From: Candidatus Bathyarchaeota archaeon
GTDB taxonomy: Archaea; Thermoproteota; Bathyarchaeia; Bathyarchaeales; Bathycorpusculaceae
NCBI GenBank assembly: GCA_963775465.1
Contig: CAVZIW010000012.1
Coordinates: 86,568-150,567 of the forward strand
Direction of reading: 5' to 3'
Length of the DNA: 64,000 nucleotides
Shown: piece by piece, positions 42,723-51,120 of the stretch
How positions within the stretch are numbered: position 1 is the stretch's first letter
How the letters are laid out: every line of letters starts with the position of its first letter
Position numbers and translations under genes: made by a program
The notes under the pieces: model-generated
Told to the model about the DNA's origin: nothing
The model's input: only the letters and a program-made list of their open reading frames with translations
The model's database searches: none

Positions 42723-44870
42723 TCAATTTTTAGCTTCGAATAACCTTGTTTCCTGCTTTGGATGAAAATTCTCGATGAATTTAGGCGTCACTTCCATTAT
42801 ATAATCCCTCACCAAATACCCATCCGTGCCTGGTCCAGAATATTTGGATGTTGGATGCATAAAAGTCACAAACGCATCAAAACCGTTTTGCCGAGCGGTA
42901 AACTTCTCGCCAGAAACTTGAACAACTGAGAACGCTTCAGTTTTAACATCACCGTACCCTTCAATCAACATACATGCAGGCGGAAGAACATATTCTGAAA
43001 CGCCAAGCGAAATTGGCACAGTCCAACCTGCAAAGAGCGTGTTCCCATGAACCCATATCTGCAATTCATTGGTCTTTGCCAACTGAAAATTGCGACCTGC
43101 TGGAGATGCTTCAAAATGTTTTCCCCAAATAGCCCTAGCTTTTAGGCTGTCACTAAATACTGCAACTGGCACATAGGCTGGACCGTTTGTTGTTTCACGC
43201 AACAAGTTAATCAGGATAATATCTTCAGCTCCAAACGTGGAAGTTTTTTCTATGCGATGGGCACGAATAAGCAACGGTGGAAGACCAAAAAAGTCTGGCG
43301 GGTGAATGAGCGCTATTGCCTGACTAGAATAGACTTTGCAGACTCCCGGTTTAGTTTTTGATGAAGACTTGTGAGCTTCAATTATTTCATTCAAAATGTC
43401 TTGTTCAACCAATTTGCCGGTTGGATCTTCGTTTATGATTCCTACGGTACTGTAGCTTTTTTTGTCTTTGGCGTTGGGAGGAAGTGGATGAGCCTTTCCG
43501 TGCGGTCCAGGACTAAGGATAGCCCCCGGAAAATAAGCGCAATGCCCAAGAACACCAGTATCCAACGTTAGCTCAAAATTTTGAAGAAAGGGCTTACTGG
43601 AATTTTTCCAGATTTCCTCCATCATGCTCTTGTTTTTCTTAACATAATCCAGATGGCTAGAATATAGCAAACTATCAAATTTGGAAGAAGATTCGAGGGA
43701 TTGGTTTTCTGAGGAGGACTTGAATTGAAAGAGGTGCTTTCCATCTATGATTGTTGTAGGTGTATAGTTAGGTGGGATATGGCTAACCAAACAGAGCCTG
43801 GAAAGTTGTGTGGCGATTTCCAGGTTTTCACGTGTGATAGGAGCCATGATTTTCACAACAACACCCCTTTCGACCCACTCATGAATGCCTTCTAGATTTT
43901 GCGAAAAATCAGCGAGACCCTTAGGGGAGGCAACAACTAAGACTTCCTCTTTAGCTGACTGCGCAATTTTCTCATATTTTCTTTTAGCTACTTCAATATC
44001 TCCAATGACGAGGGTCTTTGGAGCGGGTTGTCCTGTTTCGAGTTCAACCATTTTTTCTGCCACGCCTGTAGAGTTACGCCATATATCTTCAAAAATAACG
44101 GCGAAAGCCTTCACAAGCGTTTTACAGTCAGTCCAAAGACAGGTGTCATTCTTTTCGATTATAGATGTTTCAATTCGAGGTCTTATAAAGAATAAAACTT
44201 CTTCTTGGTCTCTGATTATCATATGAGGGAAAAGCGTTAAACCCAAGTCGGGGTTTCTAACTTCAAAGTTAAGCTTGGTTGCTTGAAATTCTTCTTGGAG
44301 CTCTTTCATTATGTGTAGATTTTTCTCAGACAATTCTACCAGAAAACGAAGCGGAACATTCTTTTTCAAAAAACTACTGGATGCAGCTTCAAAAATGTCG
44401 CGCTGATTGGCTTGCGCCAAAACAGGAACAGATGTTATTGCAATGAGATTGTCTTTTGTCTCCTGAATCATTTGATAGATCTTTGAATAGATAAAAGATC
44501 TACCTTCAACTACCGTAAACTTTGCTGATACATCATCTTCAAGCCTGAGGTTTTGCCAGTTCTGCAGAATCTCCGCTTTGCTTCGCTTAAGGCTGCGGGC
44601 TTCCTCAATTTTAGCCTCTATGAAAAGATCAATGAATTTTTCAAAGGGTATAACACTGAAACGCGCGGGATGCTCTAAGGTTGAGTTAACGATACCCTTG
44701 CTTTGCAGTCTTTTTATGCTAGGGTAAAATTGTTGTTTTGTGAGCTTTAGTGCTTTGATTATATTGCTTGCTTTCTCCATACCCTTTTTTGCAAGATAAA
44801 CGTAGATTTGGGCATCAATTTCGTCAAATCCAAGGCTCTCTAGAGTCTTTAGCACTTGCTCTTGGCTCAA
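42723..44870 (-). CDS. long TrmB-family regulator 1 (HTH, two TrmB/PLD-like effector domains, ~190 aa C-terminal domain)
   Basis: LESLGF..IDAQIYVYL...LQSKGIV..TLEHPARF; two F/M-E-x-IW-xNS ends; C-terminal FVTFMHPTSKYSGPGTDG. Confidence 0.85.
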   Translation of the reverse strand: MSQEQVLKTLESLGFDEIDAQIYVYLAKKGMEKASNIIKALKLTKQQFYPSIKRLQSKGIVNSTLEHPARFSVIPFEKFIDLFIEAKIEEARSLKRSKAEILQNWQNLRLEDDVSAKFTVVEGRSFIYSKIYQMIQETKDNLIAITSVPVLAQANQRDIFEAASSSFLKKNVPLRFLVELSEKNLHIMKELQEEFQATKLNFEVRNPDLGLTLFPHMIIRDQEEVLFFIRPRIETSIIEKNDTCLWTDCKTLVKAFAVIFEDIWRNSTGVAEKMVELETGQPAPKTLVIGDIEVAKRKYEKIAQSAKEEVLVVASPKGLADFSQNLEGIHEWVERGVVVKIMAPITRENLEIATQLSRLCLVSHIPPNYTPTTIIDGKHLFQFKSSSENQSLESSSKFDSLLYSSHLDYVKKNKSMMEEIWKNSSKPFLQNFELTLDTGVLGHCAYFPGAILSPGPHGKAHPLPPNAKDKKSYSTVGIINEDPTGKLVEQDILNEIIEAHKSSSKTKPGVCKVYSSQAIALIHPPDFFGLPPLLIRAHRIEKTSTFGAEDIILINLLRETTNGPAYVPVAVFSDSLKARAIWGKHFEASPAGRNFQLAKTNELQIWVHGNTLFAGWTVPISLGVSEYVLPPACMLIEGYGDVKTEAFSVVQVSGEKFTARQNGFDAFVTFMHPTSKYSGPGTDGYLVRDYIMEVTPKFIENFHPKQETRLFEAKN

Positions 44871-45023
44871 CTAAACCACCTTCAATTAACAATGCACACG
44901 TTTTAGTTTAAGTTAATTATGGAAGGATTCTCTAGCTACATCATTTGGTCGTATTTTTTCCGACTACCTCGAAAATATCTGGCACGCGACAAATATTTGT
45001 TCAATAATAAAAGGAGAAAAAAA

Positions 45024-45689
45024 ATGAAAAAAAAGATAAATCTCGGAACTGTTTTAGCCTTGTCTCTGGCATTCATTGTTTCAGCTACTTGTGTTGATCC
45101 AGCTTTTGCCTTAGTTACTTACTATGACCATGGCTCCACAGGCGGAGTTACCGTTATCGACATTGCAGAACATCAACCACCCGTCCAAATAACCGTTGTC
45201 CACTATGACAGAGGCGATCACGGCATCGGTGATTACCTGGAGGTCGCTATGTGGCAATTTGTTCCGCCACTTGGCAGATCTGTGTGGGTGACAGTTGCGG
45301 TCGTAACCGACAGCCCCACAATAGCAGCCTTTAGCAAGGATTTCGTTTACGCAGGCGTTCCTGGTGGTCCAATCAGTGTTCTGTTGGTCAAACCCTGCCA
45401 ACTTCAAATATTCAAAATATGCAAAATTGTCTCCGCATACTGGACTGTCCCAATAGAAACCTCAGCGCTGACATTGCCACCCGGCCTATTGCTACTTAGA
45501 GGATATGGGCGTGTTCAAACCGACGAACAGGTATTCAGCTTGCCGAATGGCATAACGTGGACTGTTGAAGCTGCCGCTCTTAACGCACACGCAACTTTCA
45601 TTTGTCCAACATGGAAGTACTTTGGATCTGTCGGTGACGAAAGCGCAACGATGAATATTGGTTTAGATCAGTGGATAACCCACGCTTGA
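45024..45689 (+). CDS. secreted protein homologous to the long-TrmB C-terminal domain
   Basis: AGGAG SD; signal peptide MKKKINLGTVLALSLAFIVSATCVDPAFA; WTVPI, LPP..L..GYG, TF..PTWKY.G. Confidence 0.8.
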   Translation: MKKKINLGTVLALSLAFIVSATCVDPAFALVTYYDHGSTGGVTVIDIAEHQPPVQITVVHYDRGDHGIGDYLEVAMWQFVPPLGRSVWVTVAVVTDSPTIAAFSKDFVYAGVPGGPISVLLVKPCQLQIFKICKIVSAYWTVPIETSALTLPPGLLLLRGYGRVQTDEQVFSLPNGITWTVEAAALNAHATFICPTWKYFGSVGDESATMNIGLDQWITHA

Positions 45690-45784
45690 CTGCCATGAAG
45701 CTACACTCTCAAACAACTTTCTCTTTTTTCTGATTTAAAACTGAGTTAGTTCACTGGACACTTAATAGGGGAGAGCGTGATTGA

Positions 45785-46132
45785 TTGAGTTTAGAATATG
45801 CGATAAAAACGTTAATGAGTTTGGGACTCACACAGATGGACACTCAGGTGTATGTCTATCTCGCCAAAATGGGTCCTCGGAAAGAAAAAGATTTAGCCAA
45901 CGCCCTGAAGATAAACAAAAATCAGCTTTGTTTCAGTATAGAAAACTTAGTGGCCAAGGGAATGGTCAGTATTTCATTTGAACGTTCAGAAAAATATTCT
46001 GCTGTTGCTCTCGAAAAAGTTCTCAATGATTTCATGAAGCAAACAAAACAACAGGCGAAGACTTTGAAGACGAGAAGAACTGAACTTATCTCTACATGGC
46101 ACTCAATTATTGAAGATTCTTCAAGTACCTGA
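45785..46132 (+). CDS. HTH-only mini-TrmB
   Basis: LMSLGLTQMDTQVYVYLAK.G...LVAKGMV; ends after the dimerisation helix. Confidence 0.85.
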   Translation: MSLEYAIKTLMSLGLTQMDTQVYVYLAKMGPRKEKDLANALKINKNQLCFSIENLVAKGMVSISFERSEKYSAVALEKVLNDFMKQTKQQAKTLKTRRTELISTWHSIIEDSSST

Positions 46133-46155
46133 CGCATTAAAGAATACTCGAAAAA

Positions 46156-46383
46156 TTAACAATGTATTATGAATTTAAGATGTTCATTTTCTTTAAGTAA
46201 TTTCTCAAAAAATGGTTTCATGACAGGAATATCGGAGTTAACTGTGCTCCATACCCTTTTCAAATCAACCTCAAAGTGAGCACGGATAACCTTGTCTCGC
46301 ATCCCAGCCATATCTTTCCAAGGAATTTCGGGATAACACACCTTTATTGGAATGGGAATGTTTTTTGTTGCTTCTCCTCGCAC
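46156..46383 (-). pseudogene. HepT/DUF86 toxin C-terminal fragment
   Basis: GEATKNIP...PEIPWKDMAGMRDKVIRAHF; N-terminus missing and the Rx4H His is replaced. Confidence 0.7.
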
Positions 46384-46424
46384 TGCATTAATTATTTCTT
46401 ACAAATTCAACATTCCCGTAAACA

Positions 46425-46491
46425 ATTGACGAATCAACTGTAAAGTCAAGCCACAATACCATCCATCAACTGCTAAAGAAATCTTAACGTC
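46425..46491 (+). repeat. PLD gene 3' tail, copy 3
   Basis: Encodes IDESTVKSSHNTIHQLLKKS* versus IDEPIVNSVHSTIHQLLKKF*; 22 bp core identical to copy 1. Confidence 0.8.
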
Positions 46492-46927
46492 CTCGCTTCC
46501 AAATAAGAGGATGGTTGGTAGCTGCATTTTAGACAATTATCTGTTAAGACATTTTTTATTACAATGCGTAGTAACTGCAGTATACTACAGTTGGGAGCTT
46601 TGTGTGATTTGGCAGAACAGCGTAATAATCAATCAGAGTTTAGTTTTAAATTAGAAGAAGTTAGCAGAAAATTTGAAGAGATACGTGAACCTTTGAAGGA
46701 AGCCAAACCCGATTAGTGACACTTTTAAAGGCACATATTTTTTTTTATTAACCTTTTTCTTTGATAGAACATTCTAAACCGACTCATTAATCATTCAGAA
46801 AAACACTGCATGAAAACAAGATATATCAGACATAGATAAAGCCCCAGTTGGAAAAGTATTTGTCAATTAGGCATCAATATGATTAAGAACAAAAAAGGGC
46901 GAAGGTTTAGAGTGTATTTTCCGCGGG

Positions 46928-47521
46928 TTAACGTGACCAGCCTTTGATAAAGCCAAGCTGATGAATGTACATATTGGCATAGTCTGGCGCTACGAAGTTC
47001 CCGTCTCCAAGTCCGAAACCTTCCACCTGACTCAGTTTCTTAGTTCCAGTCAGTTCAAATTCTCCCTGAGATAGAACATTTTCCGGTGCAAGAAGAGATC
47101 CATCAGGCAACGAATGCCAACCAGTGACCCGAGCCATACCCCAAAAGCTAAGAGTTGGACGACCTGCCATCTTGAAGACAAAAGTTCCTTCACTTCTAAC
47201 TAAAGCGTTTCCGGTGACTGGGTTAAGTTCCATGTGATGACTGGCAACGAAGTCAAAATCATCAGGATAATAATACACCTTATCGTCTATGGTTATGTTG
47301 CAATCCACAATACTGGGATAACTCTCAATGATGACAAGTTCTGGAGCATTGCTATCATCAACAGAAACTATCGTGGAAGATCCAAAGACAATCTTAGAGT
47401 CGAAACCATAGAATTCTGGCTTGGGCTTATTGAACCACCCCGCTTCAGACGTTGCCAACATCGACGCCAACAGAAGCAATGTCAAAGCTACAATCGAAAC
47501 CATTATAGTCTTTCTTTTCAA
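46928..47521 (-). CDS. secreted beta-rich protein
   Basis: GGAGGTGA SD then TTG; signal peptide KRKTIMVSIVALTLLLLASMLATSEA; GEFELTGT...GFG. Confidence 0.75.
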   Translation of the reverse strand: MKRKTIMVSIVALTLLLLASMLATSEAGWFNKPKPEFYGFDSKIVFGSSTIVSVDDSNAPELVIIESYPSIVDCNITIDDKVYYYPDDFDFVASHHMELNPVTGNALVRSEGTFVFKMAGRPTLSFWGMARVTGWHSLPDGSLLAPENVLSQGEFELTGTKKLSQVEGFGLGDGNFVAPDYANMYIHQLGFIKGWSR

Positions 47522-47635
47522 CCTCTCACCTCCCAACAATTCGATAACTTATCCAAATCTGGATTGTCAAAATTTTATTAAGCCAAGAGACTTACATAAG
47601 AATGGACGACTGACAGCGTCTATCACTAATCCAAG

Positions 47636-49705
47636 ATGAAAGTTTTGAACGAGGAAAACATAAAGACAGTTCTCAGCAAATCAGGTTTGACTGAGAAAGA
47701 AGCCGAAGTCTACATTTTACTCGCTAAACATAAAGCTCTAAAAGCAACTGAAACAGCCAAACTGCTCAATAAAGACAAAGCCCAAGTATTCCGAATCCTA
47801 AAAAGCCTCCAAAACAAAGGCTTCGTTGAATCCACCTTCGAATTCCCAGCTCGCTTCACGGCAATGCCCTTCGAAAAGGTTATAGATTCAATCGTTAAGG
47901 CGAAACGAGAAGAAGTCACCTACATTGAACAAACGAAAACAGACTTTCTCAACTATCTAAATAGAAGACGACGAGAAGAATTGCCTTCACTAGAAAAATT
48001 CGTCGTGATTAAAGGAAAGAAGAAAATCTACTCAAAAATAACCCAACTGGTACTAAACACCAAGAACCAATTGTCAGTCATAGCAACAATCACAGACTTA
48101 ATGCTCGCTAACCACTTCGGAGTCTTCGACGCAGCCTCAAGTCACCCTTTTAGAGCAGAAATACAATATCGTTTCCTCACAGATCTTTCCGAACAAAACC
48201 TAAAAGTTATGAAAAAACTCTTGCAAAAAATACCAGAAATACGCTTAGATTTCAAAGCCAGAAATCCCGAATTAGGAGTGAATATGTTTCCAAGAATGTT
48301 ATCTGTTGACAACAAAGAAATCCTGCTATTTACCACGCCAAAAAACAGCAGGATCGAGCGAGACGACATCTGTCTGTGGACTAACTGCCGAGCACTCGTC
48401 GAAACATTTACCGCAGTATTCGAAGATTTATGGCAGAACTCCACAGATATCACAGAAAAGATTAAGGAAATCGAAACGGGAAAACAGAAACCCAAAACAT
48501 GCATCCTCAACGACAAGGAAGTAGCTAAAAGAAAATACGACCAAACACTGCAATCAGCAAAAAGAGAAGTCATAATTCTAACATCCTCAAATGGACTCAA
48601 AAAGTACTCAGAAAGCATTCCGAACTTTAAGAAGTGGGCCGAAAAAGGTGTTTCGGTCAGAGTTATGGCTCCCATAATCGGTGAAAACCTAAAGGTCGCG
48701 GAAAAACTCTCAAAAATCTGCGAGGTAAAACACGTCCCTACAAAATATATAGAGTCAACAATCATCGACGAAAAACACTTCTTTCAGTTCAAACCTGCAT
48801 CCCCAAACCCCGGGATATCACCCCAGTTCAAGAACACATTCTACACTGATGATGCAGACTATGTAGAGAAAATGAGGAACATGCTCAACGACATATGGAG
48901 AAACGCACAACATGTATCTGCAGTCACACTCGACGAGATCCTCAAAAAATCCCGCGCACCCTTCACTCAACCTTCCGAATTACGACCGAGCTACTTCGAT
49001 AAAGTCAGTGGATTAAGGTTCGAAAAAAGAAAACAACAAAGGACAGTAACAGAAAGGGATATACTAAACAAAATTATCGACAATAAATTCAGAAAAGAGA
49101 CTCCTCCTGAAAACCCAATGAGGTTACATGGCACTTTGGGGAGCGCTATTATTCATTCACCAACGAACTTCAACCTACCCGAGATGATGTTTGGGATATT
49201 TCACATTGAAAAACACTCCACTTTTGGAGAAGAAGACGCCATGCTAGTTTATCTTTGGCTTGACACTCCTAAAGGTCAAGCTTATGTGCCAGTTGTATTT
49301 GTAGGAGATAACCCGAAAGCCCAATCCATCTGGAAAATCATGATGGCAGGTACTCCAGCAGGCCAAAACATTCAACTAGTCAAAAAAGACGAGATCCAGG
49401 TCCGAATACACGGCAATACACTTTTCGCCGGTTGGACAAAACAAATTCCTCTGCTCCCTCCAAAATACAGCCTCCCACCCGCATGTTTACTTATAGAAGG
49501 ATACGGCAACCTCAAAACAGACTCCTACACCATGTTCTTCCCCTCAGGACATAGAGCAGAAACAGAACGCAACGGCTTCGACGCATTTGTCACTTTCTTT
49601 CATCCTAGCTCAAAATACTCTGGACCAGGAACAGACGGATTCTTCGCCAGAGACTACATCGCAACAACCTATCCACCTTCAACATCAAAGAACAACTCAA
49701 ACTAG
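47636..49705 (+). CDS. long TrmB-family regulator 2
   Basis: GLTEKEAEVYILL; CLWTNC; FVTFFHPSSKYSGPGTDG. Confidence 0.85.
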   Translation: MKVLNEENIKTVLSKSGLTEKEAEVYILLAKHKALKATETAKLLNKDKAQVFRILKSLQNKGFVESTFEFPARFTAMPFEKVIDSIVKAKREEVTYIEQTKTDFLNYLNRRRREELPSLEKFVVIKGKKKIYSKITQLVLNTKNQLSVIATITDLMLANHFGVFDAASSHPFRAEIQYRFLTDLSEQNLKVMKKLLQKIPEIRLDFKARNPELGVNMFPRMLSVDNKEILLFTTPKNSRIERDDICLWTNCRALVETFTAVFEDLWQNSTDITEKIKEIETGKQKPKTCILNDKEVAKRKYDQTLQSAKREVIILTSSNGLKKYSESIPNFKKWAEKGVSVRVMAPIIGENLKVAEKLSKICEVKHVPTKYIESTIIDEKHFFQFKPASPNPGISPQFKNTFYTDDADYVEKMRNMLNDIWRNAQHVSAVTLDEILKKSRAPFTQPSELRPSYFDKVSGLRFEKRKQQRTVTERDILNKIIDNKFRKETPPENPMRLHGTLGSAIIHSPTNFNLPEMMFGIFHIEKHSTFGEEDAMLVYLWLDTPKGQAYVPVVFVGDNPKAQSIWKIMMAGTPAGQNIQLVKKDEIQVRIHGNTLFAGWTKQIPLLPPKYSLPPACLLIEGYGNLKTDSYTMFFPSGHRAETERNGFDAFVTFFHPSSKYSGPGTDGFFARDYIATTYPPSTSKNNSN

Positions 49706-49732
49706 CAAAGCTCAAAACTTTGAGCAAATGAT

Positions 49733-50893
49733 CTATTTTACGCAAGGATCATCAGTTAAAAAGAAGAAAATGGCTGCTGCGAGTAGACTCAACGAAGCGA
49801 AAGTCAGAATAACCCCCGTATAACCGAATAATACGAGTGTAATTCCACCCAAAACTGCCCCCACACCACCTCCCAAAGTTATGAAAATGCCATTTATAGA
49901 CATCATTGTACCGCGAGCTTCTGGTACCTGCTCAAGAGTCAAATTAGTACTCCCCGGAAACCCCATGCTGTATATAAAAACGCCTAAAAAGCTTAGAACC
50001 AATGCAATCGACAATGTCGGAACAAAAGCAATCAGAATCAAAGAGGGACTGGAAACCAACAAAGTCGCAACCAACAAACGTTTTCGACCAATCTTGTCAA
50101 CCAGTTGACCACCCACTATACTACCTAAAGCAAAGAGAGCTGTAGAGCCAAGAGCTATCAAAGCACCTTGCGCCAAAGACAAGCCGAACACCTGCCTAAA
50201 AAAGGCTACACTAAACACAATACCCCACACAAAGCCTGCTTGCCTAACTAAGGTACCGACAAGACAACCAAAAGGCGATTTCTTCAAAAAAACCTGCTTA
50301 AAACTACTCGAATACGATTTTCTGTTAGCCAGTACCTGTGGTTTGCTAAGATAAGATGGAACACCAAGGTATGCAAATACGAAAGCCAACAGCGAAACTG
50401 GCAGAGCAAACCAGAGCAAAAAGGAACGCCAACTCCCAGTATCAGCAAAAAATAAACTTATAACCAGAGATGCTGCAAGGCCAGCTAAGGGTCCACCCGC
50501 AATTATCCAACCAGTTGCTCTTGGCCGTTTTTTTAATTCTAAAAATTCTCCAACTAATGTGAATGTCATCGCCCCAACCATCACAGTTCCTATTCCCTCT
50601 ATCGGGTAGAAAATCTGCATGAACAAAAAATTTGGAGCCAAAAAACAACCGAACGTTCCCGAAGTTATGCATAATACACCTATCAGGAGGAGTTTCTTGT
50701 GGCTAAATCTGATGCTCAATAGACCTAATATTGATCCTGAGAAAACGGCCGCTATACTTGAGATAGTAACTAACTGGCTTGCAGTGGCTAACGAAAATGG
50801 ATCTGCGGAGCCAAAAAACGTTATCGCCAGGTCTATTAGGAATATTCCTGTGAGAGACTCAATGATCCATGTTGAAAAAAAAGCCAAGGTCAA
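49733..50893 (-). CDS. MFS transporter
   Basis: ~12 TM; RFSHKKLLL.G; DKIGRKR. Confidence 0.88.
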   Translation of the reverse strand: MTLAFFSTWIIESLTGIFLIDLAITFFGSADPFSLATASQLVTISSIAAVFSGSILGLLSIRFSHKKLLLIGVLCITSGTFGCFLAPNFLFMQIFYPIEGIGTVMVGAMTFTLVGEFLELKKRPRATGWIIAGGPLAGLAASLVISLFFADTGSWRSFLLWFALPVSLLAFVFAYLGVPSYLSKPQVLANRKSYSSSFKQVFLKKSPFGCLVGTLVRQAGFVWGIVFSVAFFRQVFGLSLAQGALIALGSTALFALGSIVGGQLVDKIGRKRLLVATLLVSSPSLILIAFVPTLSIALVLSFLGVFIYSMGFPGSTNLTLEQVPEARGTMMSINGIFITLGGGVGAVLGGITLVLFGYTGVILTFASLSLLAAAIFFFLTDDPCVK

Positions 50894-51120
50894 AGATGGA
50901 ACGAAACGTTTTCCAGCTGTAGACTTTTTATTTGCCGTTTCTAATTATCTCAACTTCCTCAGAATTTTCTTAAAGACTTGTCTGAATAACGATAAGGAAA
51001 TTATTGAACGATACAGAATAAATAATTTGTCAAACTAAGTCTGCTCCATCTACTCACAGATAAAAGGATCGACGGTTCAAAGATAGCGTAGATTAACAAA
51101 ACTAAAGAAAACAGAATTTT

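Noticed and set aside
28969-46491. Three-copy repeat as a CRISPR array, integron attC array or DGR template/variable repeat
   Set aside because: Copies are 6-11 kb apart and not palindromic, mismatches are not adenine-specific, and no cas, integron integrase or reverse transcriptase gene is present in the window
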